NCBI GenBank assembly: GCA_010356995.1 | Contig: ML996708.1 | Location: 434,001-464,445 of the forward strand | Direction of reading: 5' to 3' | Length of the DNA: 30,445 bases | Source: Trichodelitschia bisporula | Lineage: Eukaryota | Notes under the pieces: model-generated | Told to the model about the DNA's origin: nothing | Database searches by the model: none | The model's input: only the letters and a program-made list of their open reading frames with translations | Made by a program: the position numbers and the translations under genes | Part shown: in pieces, positions 19,229 through 28,771 of the stretch | How positions within the stretch are numbered: position 1 is the first letter of the stretch | Layout of the letters: the number at the start of each line of letters is the position of its first letter

Positions 19229-21781
19229 ATGGCGGCTCCCGAAATCCCCCAGCGTCCCGTTCGCTCGCAAAACACACAAAACAGCCCCGCCGAAATGCCC
19301 CGCGTTCCCCCGCGCCCCAAGCGCAACGTCGAGCGTAGCATCTCGCCCAACCGCGACTCCTTCGCCCGCTCGCCGCTCAACGACCCCTCCTTTATTCCCA
19401 AGAGTCGTAATTCGGGCGGCTCGTCTCTGCACGAGGTCACGTCCAACGACCTCCCGCCGCGCCCGCCCAGCGTGTCGTTGCCCTCCGTCGGCCAAGAGGG
19501 CACCGAGTACGCATACGTCCACCACGAGGAAGCCCCGTCAGAACACACCAAGGCTGTGGCCGGCGACCTCCCGCTGCACGCACCCAAGGCCTCGCTGCCT
19601 GTCGCCGCAGCAAAGTCCCGTATCGCGACTGTCACTCGCACCGATTCGACCCAGGCCGCCGCTGCGGGCATCGGCAAGCCCACCACTGAAGTCGCCGAGA
19701 TCGGCCACTCGCTTGCGCGATCTACCTCGTCGCAGCCGTCGCGCCCGTCCTCGCTCTACCGCGTCGACACCCACGAAAATGAGCAGGGTATCCCTGAAAT
19801 CGGCCTTCAGGTCCCCATGTACCCCAATGCCGGTGACGTGCAGGCACCTACGCCCTCGCCTTCTGCGCAGAGTTTCATGCCTATCAGCGGGACTGCCTCA
19901 CCGCGTCATCACACGCGCACCAGGAGCGGCCGCGAGGTCTTCGCTGGTCCACCTGGCAGCTACGGCATGCACGGCCACGGCGTCATCAAGCGCGATCCGC
20001 TCGAGGCGGCCTGGTACAGCAGGCACCCCGAGGCCAAGGCCCGCGAGTCGGCTGGCGAATACGGGCCGGCGATTAGTGATCGCCAGTCTTACGCGCTGAG
20101 CAGTGACCAGCTCAACAAGCTCGTCCGCGAACGCACGATGCGTGGTATCGATACGCACGAGGCGGTCGGTACACCGGATGAGCAGATTGGCTATCTTGCT
20201 GCCGAGGACTTTGCGCATCGCCTGGCTACGCCGGGACAGCACCGCGCGGCCTCGGTCTCCGACTCTTCGCTCGTCCGCGTCGTCACGCCGGAGGACGAGG
20301 ACGAGAACGTGATCCACGTGGACCCGCCGTCGTGGAACCGCGCCGAATCGGCAGCGGGTGATGAGGGCTCAATCCGGTACAGCCTGGAGGAGGAGTCCGA
20401 GCAGCCGATTCTCGCCGCTGATGAAATTGCCTACCGCCCCGAAGCCCAGTTCCTGCAGCCGGCCGTTGAGCCCCCCATCGACCCTGACTCCGACCAGCGC
20501 CGCAGCAGCATCCACTTTGATGACTCTTTCCGCTCGTCGAAGCCGCCGAGCCGGTCGAACAGCGTGCATGCGCTCCCCTCGCTGGCGCGCTTCCCTACTC
20601 ATGAGGATGAAGGCACCCCGCTCGATGACGTCAAGGAGTACGAACCGCTGTTTCCCGATGATGTTGCTGAGCGGAATACTAGGTCTGCCCCTCCTGCCGC
20701 GAGTCAGAAGAGCGAGAAGCTCCGTCGTCCGGATTTGCATCCCCGTCACCACTTTCCGTCCCGCGACGTCTGGGAGGATGTCCCCGACAGCCTGCTGTAT
20801 GAGACCACAGTTGCGACTCCCCAGTTTCCCGACGATAGCCTCCGCGCCGCTGAGCATGAGCCAAAGGAGATCTTTGACGACGTGGAGGGAGAAAAGGAGT
20901 CCAGCAAGGCGAAGGAGTCGGAGGAAAAGCCGGATCTCAAGCGTGGCTTTAACAAGGAGCTTGCTGCTGAGACTCGCCGCCCGAATCTCCGTCACCGCTT
21001 CCCCTCCCGCGATGTTTGGGAAGACACCCCCGACGCTCACATGCACACAACCACCGTCGACGGCGCTGGTACCGAGACCGCTGAGGATGACAAGCACGCC
21101 GTGGCCGAGACGAATGCTGGCCTTGCGTCCGCGCCGCCGCATGTGCCTGCCCGGCCAGCCCGGCGGTCGAAGCAGGCTCCTACCACCTCGACCAGCGAAA
21201 AGACGGAGGAGAAGACGGAGGAGAAGCCCTCCGTCGTCAGCGCGGCCGCAGGCAAGCTCGCCTCCGTAAAGGGCGACTTCCTCTCCGCGCTGAACTCCCG
21301 CCTGGCCGTGGGCCCGAAGCCGCTGGAGAAGAAGGAGGAGCCTGAGGCGCCGAAGGAGGAAACGCCGCTTGGTGATGCGCGGAAGGGGCGCGCAAGGGGG
21401 CCTGCGAGGCGGAAGCCTGCTGCATCGCCGGCTGCTGCTGCGGTGACGGAGGAGGAGGAGAAGGAAGGGCCGCAATTTGTTATTACGGGGAGTTTGGGTG
21501 GGTGGGAGGTTTTAGGTGATGAGGTGCGAGTTGTGGGGAAGGGGACGCAGGCGGAGGAGAAGGGGGAGGCGAATGAGGCGGCGGTTGAGAAGAATGCGGG
21601 GTTACCTGCTGTTGTCCAGCCTGAGGCCGATGCGGATGCGGGCCTTGATGCTCGTGCTGATGCGGAAACCATCAAGAAGGACGCCATGGAGATAGAAACT
21701 AGAGCTGGTGAGGAGGCTATGGCGGAGAGGAAGGAAGAAGCGAAGGAGGTGGTGGAGAATCACGAGGTGCAGGTTGCTTGA
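19229..21781 (+). CDS. AIM21: Altered inheritance of mitochondria protein 21-like actin-patch protein
   Basis: Single long ORF; ATG at 19229 (MAAPEIPQRP). Conserved blocks DLPLHAPK, GIPEIGLQVPMYPNAGDVQAPTP, PPGSYGMHG, FPSRDVWED (twice), FLSALNSRL and LGDARKGRARGPARRKP. Confidence 0.82.
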   Translation: MAAPEIPQRPVRSQNTQNSPAEMPRVPPRPKRNVERSISPNRDSFARSPLNDPSFIPKSRNSGGSSLHEVTSNDLPPRPPSVSLPSVGQEGTEYAYVHHEEAPSEHTKAVAGDLPLHAPKASLPVAAAKSRIATVTRTDSTQAAAAGIGKPTTEVAEIGHSLARSTSSQPSRPSSLYRVDTHENEQGIPEIGLQVPMYPNAGDVQAPTPSPSAQSFMPISGTASPRHHTRTRSGREVFAGPPGSYGMHGHGVIKRDPLEAAWYSRHPEAKARESAGEYGPAISDRQSYALSSDQLNKLVRERTMRGIDTHEAVGTPDEQIGYLAAEDFAHRLATPGQHRAASVSDSSLVRVVTPEDEDENVIHVDPPSWNRAESAAGDEGSIRYSLEEESEQPILAADEIAYRPEAQFLQPAVEPPIDPDSDQRRSSIHFDDSFRSSKPPSRSNSVHALPSLARFPTHEDEGTPLDDVKEYEPLFPDDVAERNTRSAPPAASQKSEKLRRPDLHPRHHFPSRDVWEDVPDSLLYETTVATPQFPDDSLRAAEHEPKEIFDDVEGEKESSKAKESEEKPDLKRGFNKELAAETRRPNLRHRFPSRDVWEDTPDAHMHTTTVDGAGTETAEDDKHAVAETNAGLASAPPHVPARPARRSKQAPTTSTSEKTEEKTEEKPSVVSAAAGKLASVKGDFLSALNSRLAVGPKPLEKKEEPEAPKEETPLGDARKGRARGPARRKPAASPAAAAVTEEEEKEGPQFVITGSLGGWEVLGDEVRVVGKGTQAEEKGEANEAAVEKNAGLPAVVQPEADADAGLDARADAETIKKDAMEIETRAGEEAMAERKEEAKEVVENHEVQVA

Positions 21782-22107
21782 GTGAGCGAGTAGGGATATC
21801 AAAAGTTTTGGGCCGGCCGGGGGCCGGATGGTTGGGATGGGTTGGGGTCATTATGGGGCGCTACTACAGTACACTGTGCGCTCCTTTTTGCTGGGGTCGC
21901 TCGTTTTATGTGTTTTTGTTCTTTGAACTGCAGGCGTTGGGAATGATATGATGCTTCTTGTGTGCGATGATTTGGGCTGTGATTCTGTGTGATTGTGATG
22001 TGGGGATATGCAGCACCATATCGCGTAGCATCATATCTTTACATCTACTCTAACCATTATCAGCTTTTGATATCCCATCGTACCGCTTCACGCCATCCCC
22101 ATCCCAT

Positions 22108-23088
22108 CTAAAGCCCAACCTCCAGTTTCCCAGCAACACACCCCCAAAACTCCTCAATGAGTTCCCTCTGCCCCTCCCCCTTCCTCACAGCCAAATACCG
22201 TCTCTCCTCCAACCCCGTCTCCCACCCCCCCGGATTCGCATCCACCATCAATCCCTCCGCCTCACTCAAAATCGTCCACCCAGCGCAAACATCCCAAGCC
22301 CAACACCCGCCCTCCCAGTACAAATCCAACTGCCCGGCCGCCACGGCGCACAGATTCAGCGCCGCGCTCCCTAGGCTGCGCAGACTGTGCACCATCGCCC
22401 CGCCCTCTTCCTTCGCCGCGCACAAGGCTTTGAAAGTCTCCGTCTTCACGCGGTAATCGTTGCCGCTGCGGTCCGAGCCCCATTCTACGCACACCAGCGC
22501 GCTGCCCAACCCGGCCAAGGGCTCGGGGGTCGGATTCAGCGGCAACCGCGTCGTCCCGTTGAGAAAAGCGCCCTGCCCGCGGATCGCGGTGTACAGCGCC
22601 CCGGTAAACGGGTTGAACACAACGCCCACGGTGGGCACGCGGCCTACCGCCAGACCCAAGCTGATACACACGTACGGAAACCCGTGGATGAAGTTCGTAG
22701 TCCCGTCGATGGGGTCGACAATGAAAGTCGGCTGCTCGGTGATCCGCGTGCCTGGCGTGTATGTTTCTTCTCCCACGAAGGCGAAGTCCGGATACGCCGA
22801 GAGGAGCTTTTCGGATACCATCTTTTCGACGGCTTTATCGGTTTCGGTTACCAGGTCGACGGCTGTGTACGGTCAGCGGCTGGGACAAGGCGCAGGGGGG
22901 AAAGGGGCGGGGAAAGGGATTGAGGAAGGCGCCCGCGAGGCTGACTACTGACAGTTCTTCTTCGAGCCGCTGCCGCCCATCGTTGGGCGGGCGGACAGGA
23001 TCATGGCGCCTGCGTCGCTGGCGACGCTGACGAACAGGTCGCGGATTTCTTCGAGCTGCTTGAGATCGAGCGACATGGTATCTGCCAT
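22108..23088 (-). CDS. Inositol monophosphatase
   Basis: Exons 23088-22953 and 22862-22108; intron 22863-22952. Motifs DLVTETD, GEE, VDPIDGTTNFIHG, RSLGSAALNL and WEGGCWAWDVCAG. Confidence 0.95.
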
Positions 23089-23449
23089 CTTTTTCCTCGC
23101 TCAATACGTGATATGTGAAGCTTGAAGTCGCAGTGAAGTCGAGCATAAAACTGTCCGACATCACGACCACGTGGGTGGTCCGTGCACCTTCAAAAGAATG
23201 GAGCTTCGTCCAATGACGTAGCCCCACCCCCACCACCCTATTCGTCCGAGCTCGCTCTCGAACCCCCAACCGCGAAACCTCATCCTCGGCTGCGCGGGCG
23301 GCTCACCTCCCTCCCTAACAAGCCGCACTCTACGACGCGCTGTAGACGCCGAAGGGATGCATGATGACCAGCGCAAATCGTCCACACCCTCCTGCCTGAG
23401 CTCCTCCACCTCTACCTCTTCCCCGCCCCCTCCTCCCGCCGAACCCACA

Positions 23450-24031
23450 ATGCGCAACAACGACGCGGAGGCGCACGCCTACTTCGCCGGCATCCCGTGG
23501 TGTGCGGCCGCTCTACACGAGCCGGGCTACGTGCCGTGCGCGACGTCCTCGCGCGTGCCGAAGGCGAGCACGGAGGACAGCTTTTACGCCGAGACGCTGG
23601 CGACGCCGCGGACGCTGCGGCGGTGCGCGAGCGTGCATTCCGCGCCGCTGCCCCAGGCAGAGGTCGAGGCGCTGGGGGGCGGCCTGGCCATCCGCGAAGC
23701 GCGGACGTTGGTCGAGCTCGGAGACGGCGTGTGCGGGTTCCCTGGGATAGCGCACGGCGGACTGGTGGCGACGCTGTTGGATGAGGAGATGGGGATACTG
23801 TTGACGGTTAATGCGGATAGGGCGGAGGAGATGAGTTACATGACTGCGTATTTGAATGTGCGGTATATGGGCCCCGTGCGGGTGCCTGGGATTGTGTGTG
23901 CGAGGGCGAGAGTTGTGAGGTGTGAGGGACGGAAAATGTTTGTTGAGGGGGAGGTTGTGGATAGGGATGGGGTAAAACTGGCGACGGCGGAGTGTTTGTT
24001 TGTCAGGGCGAGGGGGGATCCGAGGCTGTGA
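23450..24031 (+). CDS. HotDog-fold acyl-CoA thioesterase (PaaI/4HBT-like), possible peroxisomal PTS1 variant (-PRL)
   Basis: GIAHGGLVATLLDE catalytic motif, TAYLNVRY, GRKMFV and LATAECLFV. The ATG at 23450 has an ACAATG context; an upstream in-frame ATG at 23357 is also possible. Confidence 0.88.
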   Translation: MRNNDAEAHAYFAGIPWCAAALHEPGYVPCATSSRVPKASTEDSFYAETLATPRTLRRCASVHSAPLPQAEVEALGGGLAIREARTLVELGDGVCGFPGIAHGGLVATLLDEEMGILLTVNADRAEEMSYMTAYLNVRYMGPVRVPGIVCARARVVRCEGRKMFVEGEVVDRDGVKLATAECLFVRARGDPRL

Positions 24032-24580
24032 GGTGGTGGTGGATGGGGGAGGTATGTTGGTTGTGAGTGGTGTTGCTGTTGGATGATGCTGATATCGAGA
24101 TAGGTTGTTGCGCTTGAGGGGCAACGGGATGGATGAGCAGTTCGCATACAGTCGCAGAAATAGATGGGATTCGCTCTGAGCTAAGCATGACGGGCCTAAA
24201 TCTCTATCGGGCCAAATAGCAAGCCTCTATCAAGCCATGTATAAAACGTTGAACATGATATCGCGCTTCTTCCGCAACGCAACCAGGCAAGGCTGACCCC
24301 GCCCTCAAGACCGGCCTCGCGCCACTCCCCCGCACCACGTGACGCACCCGACTCAACTGCCGACGTCCGAAACCGCACGCCCTGAACCCAGTACCCGCAA
24401 CGCGGGACCGCTGCAAAGTGGAAAGTCGCCGGACGACGTCGAGTGGCAATGGTCGCGATATAATCCCCTCAAGCCCGCAATTGCGCCGCCGGGACATCCA
24501 ACTCTCAAACCCAACTCTCCATCATCCATTCTCTCCCTTCCCTCCCATCTCCACTCCACCGCCTCCTCACCACCGCAACA

Positions 24581-25822
24581 ATGGCCTCCCTCCTCCCCAA
24601 AGGCGCCAAAAACATCCTCCGCAAACACCCTTCCGACATCGTCATCCTCTCCGCCCTCCGCACACCCATAACCCGCGCCCACAAAGGGCCTTTTCGCAAC
24701 ACCCCCGACCACGCACTCTTCGCACACGTCCTCCGCGCCACCCTCGCCGCGAATCCAAACCTCGACCCCGCGCGCATCCAGGACATCCAGGTCGGGACCG
24801 TACTCGCCGAGCTCGGCGGCAGCAAGGCAGGCCGCATGGCGGCGCTGCACGTCGGCGTGCCCTCCACCACACCCTTCCAGACCGTGAATCGAGCTTGTAG
24901 TTCCGGGTTAGCGGCGATTACGGGGATTGCGAATGCGATTGCGGTGGGCGAGATTGATGTCGGTATTGGGGGGGGAATGGAGAATATGAGCATGAATTAT
25001 GGGACAAGGGCTATTCCGACGGTGCTGTGGAATGAGCTCAACGACTCGCCGGTCAAGGACGCGCGCGATTGTGTTATGAATATGGGGCTGACGACGGAGA
25101 ATGTCGCGGCCAGGTATGGCGTGAGCCGCGCCGAGCAGGACGAGTTCGCGGTGCGGTCGCATCTGCTCGCCGCAAGGGCGCAGGAGCAGGGTCTCTTTGA
25201 CAAGGAAATCGTCCCGGTGACTACGAGCTGGCGGCCTGATCCCGAGGTGCCGGAAAACGAGGAGAGCATCACCGTCACCCGTGACGACGGCGTGCGGCCC
25301 AAGTCTACTATCGAGAAGCTGGCGACTATGAAGCCGGCGTTCAAGGCGGATGGGACGGCGACGGCGGGGAATAGCTCGCAGGTGAGCGACGGGGCGGCGG
25401 CGGCGTTGCTGATGCGGCGGAGTACGGCGCAGGAGCTCGGGCTTACTGGAAGTATTATTGGGAAGTGGGCGGGGACGCAGACGGTTGCGTGTGCGCCGGA
25501 TGAGATGGGTATCGGGCCGGCGCTGGCGATTCCGAAGCTTTTGGCGTATACGGGGGTGGAGAAGAGCGAGATCGGGCTGTGGGAGATTAATGAGGCGTTT
25601 GCGAGCCAGGCGGTGTATTGTGTGCGCGAGCTGGGGATTGATCTGGATAAGGTGAATCCAAAGGGGGGGGCTATTGCTTTGGGACATCCGCTGGGTGCGA
25701 CGGGGGGGAGGCAGCTTGCGAGTCTGTTGCCGGAGATGGAGAGGCAAGGGGCGGAGCTTGGGGTGGTTAGTATGTGTGTTGGGACGGGGATGGGGATGGC
25801 GAGTTTGTTTGTGAGGGAATGA
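24581..25822 (+). CDS. 3-ketoacyl-CoA thiolase (acetyl-CoA C-acyltransferase)
   Basis: Intronless 413-aa ORF with NRACSSG (catalytic Cys), AGNSSQVSDGA, EINEAFA, GGAIALGHPLGATG and SMCVGTGMG. Confidence 0.95.
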   Translation: MASLLPKGAKNILRKHPSDIVILSALRTPITRAHKGPFRNTPDHALFAHVLRATLAANPNLDPARIQDIQVGTVLAELGGSKAGRMAALHVGVPSTTPFQTVNRACSSGLAAITGIANAIAVGEIDVGIGGGMENMSMNYGTRAIPTVLWNELNDSPVKDARDCVMNMGLTTENVAARYGVSRAEQDEFAVRSHLLAARAQEQGLFDKEIVPVTTSWRPDPEVPENEESITVTRDDGVRPKSTIEKLATMKPAFKADGTATAGNSSQVSDGAAAALLMRRSTAQELGLTGSIIGKWAGTQTVACAPDEMGIGPALAIPKLLAYTGVEKSEIGLWEINEAFASQAVYCVRELGIDLDKVNPKGGAIALGHPLGATGGRQLASLLPEMERQGAELGVVSMCVGTGMGMASLFVRE

Positions 25823-25896
25823 GGTTGATATCAGGCGGCGTTGGGTCACTGTTCATAGGCATTGGAATGAAAATATGGTGTTTTGGACCGAAGTCT

Positions 25897-26600
25897 TCAT
25901 TCTTTGCCGTTGTCCTTGCGCTTCTTCTTTTTCTTCTTCTTCGCCTTCTCTGCCAGTAATTCGTCAAGGAAGCTCGCCGCTTTGCGCTTCGCGGGCTTAG
26001 GCGCAGGTGGAGCAGCTGATTCCGCGGCAACAGCTTCGTCCACATCGTGGGTCTCGATCTGCTCGGGGACACCGTCCTCGGGAGCATCCACAGGCGTATC
26101 CTCCACAGCACGCTTAGCGACCTTCTTTCTCCCGCCAAACATCGCTCCTCTGCCCTCATCCTCCTCACTATCCTCCTCCTCAACCTTCTCCACTCTAACC
26201 GGCTTCTTCACCTCCACGCGCGGCGCGATCTTCGCCTGTCTCTGCTGCACCCTCCTCGCCGCCTCCTTCCCCATAAGCTGCACGCGCAGCTTTTCGAGTG
26301 AGGCAGTCTTGTTCCTCAGCAGTGCGGCAGGGTCTTTAGGCGGGGCAGCGCCAACACCCAGGCTGGGATGGTGTTAGCGAATGCACATTGATGGATGTAG
26401 AGAAGAAAGGGGACGCACAGCTCCGGCACCGGCTTAAACATCTCCTCCTCCTCCTTAGCAAGTTCTTCTTCCGTTTTCGTAGGCCCAGTATCTGTCGCTG
26501 GCGGCAGCCATGACGCGATGAGCCGCTGGCTCGATGCGAGCGCGACGCTGGCGCGATTGAAAACGATATCTGCCTCTGAAGGGCCTTTGGCGGGGGGCAT
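25897..26600 (-). CDS. Conserved fungal hypothetical protein with Lys-rich C-terminus (possibly DUF3245-like)
   Basis: Exons 26600-26419 and 26362-25897; intron 26363-26418. Protein [64 protein letters not shown] assignment is from recall only. Confidence 0.75.
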
Positions 26601-26910
26601 TGCAGCAATACCCGACACAGCCCGCCTTCAGTGTACAAAAGAATCAAACAGGCCGTCAAAAGCTATGCATATGTACTGCAGAAATCCGACCCGCGCGCAA
26701 ACACAAGCTCAACCTCACCTGCCGACGATGTTCCCGCAAAACGGGAGCCAACACCGGGAACCTTGCACCGCCTTGGCACACCAAAGCCAACCACACCCGC
26801 CCGCGCCGCTCTCAAAGGCCTGAACCTCACTCCTCCGCCTCATACCGCAACTCCCACCATCAAACCCGCATTCATAGCAATTGACCCGCCCGCAACCGCG
26901 CGTCATTGTC

Positions 26911-28394
26911 ATGCTCTCCCTCGCCCGCTCCCGCCCTCTGGGCCGGGCGCTCCGCGCCATCGTACGCATATCAAGCCCCCCCTCCCTCTACAACCCTTCC
27001 TAACAAAGCAACAGGAACCCCTCAAAGCCGCAACCCAAGCCCGCAACCTCTCAATCCACGAGTACCGCTCAGCCGATCTCCTGCGCAAGTACGGCATCGG
27101 TGTGCCGCCAGGCTACGTCGCGCACACGCCGGAGGAGGCGGAGGCTGTGGCTAAGAAACTGAGTACGTTGAGCCGGAGGCGATGTGGGCGGGGCTGACAA
27201 GTGCAGAGGACGATGATCTGGTTATGAAGGCGCAGGTGCTGGCTGGTGGGCGTGGGAAGGGGCATTTCGAGAATGGGTTTAAGGGCGGTGTGCGCGTTAT
27301 CTACTCGTGCGTATTCCCCTCACGGCCCCTTCACGGCTTATATCCGTATTAAACACATTGCTAACCCTCGCAGCCCCGCCGAAGCCCGCGCCCTCGCCTC
27401 CGAAATGATCGGCCACCGCCTCATCACTAAGCAAACCGGCGCCGCCGGGCGCCCGTGCAACAGCGTGTACATCGTGGAGCGCAAATTCGCGCGCCGCGAG
27501 TTCTACCTCGCCATCCTCATGGACCGCGCTAGGCAGGGCCCCGTCATCGTCGCCTCCTCCCAGGGGGGGATGGACATTGAAGAGGTCGCCAAGAGCAACC
27601 CGGCTGCCATCAAGACGTACCCCATCGATATTCACGCCGGGGTCACGGACGCACTGGCCCGGCGCGTGGCGTCTGAGATCGGGTTCTCGGAGCAGTGTGT
27701 TGAGGCTGCGGCGCAGGAGGTGCAGAAGCTGTACACGTTGTTTCAAGAGAGGGATGCGACGCAGATTGAAATTAATCCGTGGAGCGAGACGACGGATCAT
27801 GAGGTGCTGTGCATGGACGCCAAGCTGGGCTTCGATGACAATGCGGATTTCCGTCAAAAGGAGGTTTATAGCTGGCGGGATACGAGCCAGGAGGATGCGC
27901 AGGAGGTCAAGGCCGCGGAGTATGGGCTTAACTTCATCAAGTTGGACGGCGACATCGGGTGCCTGGTGAACGGCGCGGGGCTCGCCATGGCCACCATGGA
28001 CATCATCAAGCTGAACGGCGGACAACCAGCTAACTTCTTGGACGTCGGTGGCGGGGCCACGCCCGCTGCCATCCAGAATGCGTTCGAGCTGATCACGTCC
28101 GACCCCAAGGTCACGGCTATCTTCGTCAATATCTTCGGCGGCATCGTGCGCTGCGACGCCATCGCCAAGGGCCTGATCCAGGTAGTCGAGAGCATGAATC
28201 TGCGCACCCCCGTCGTTGCGCGTCTGCAGGGGACGAATATGGAGCAGGCGCGGAAGTTGATTGATGATTCTGGGCTCAAGATCTTCTCGATTGATGATTT
28301 GCAGAGTGCGGCGGAGAAGAGCGTGCAGTTTTCGAAGCTGGTGCGGATGGCGCGCGATATTGACGTTGGTGTCGAGTTTTCGCTCGGCATCTAG
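26911..28394 (+). CDS. LSC2: Mitochondrial succinyl-CoA ligase beta subunit
   Basis: Exons 26911-26961, 27015-27162, 27207-27306 and 27374-28394. Presequence [16 protein letters not shown], then [50 protein letters not shown] and [11 protein letters not shown]. Confidence 0.96.
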
Positions 28395-28771
28395 AACTAG
28401 TGCTCTCTGGTAATGATGGGCGGTAGTACGCAGTCTCGAAGCGCTTTTCACGTTAAGTTGTGGTGATATGTGACGTCATATGGTGCTATATCACGTCATG
28501 TGCCTTCCTGACATAATTATGCTCCTGTCTTATGCCTACATCATATCGGACCGAGTACAAAGGGGGCCGGTAGGATATCAGAAGTTGGGAGAATGGGTAG
28601 AGTGGACATCAAAACATGAGGTTCGTTCGAGCCAATGAACACATCACTAAAGCTACTAGAACACACGAAAAAGTCCATGGCCCACAAGAAGCGCTCCAAA
28701 ACACCTCCGAAGGCCATATACCGAGATCATAAACAGATGCAATCATCACCAGCCGTCCCTACAACACCACC

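Noticed and set aside
24420..24434. GGAAAGTCGCCGGAC resembling RNase MRP CR-I
   Set aside because: Mismatch in the conserved core and no matching CR-V segment nearby; it sits in the thiolase promoter.
20358..28451. Long antisense or alternative-frame ORFs (e.g. 20369-21475, 24908-25849, 27297-28451; also 7704-8366)
   Set aside because: Shadow ORFs of GC-rich genuine genes; no recognisable domains.
28471..28478. TGACGTCA CRE/ATF palindrome
   Set aside because: Located between two convergent 3' ends, not in a promoter.
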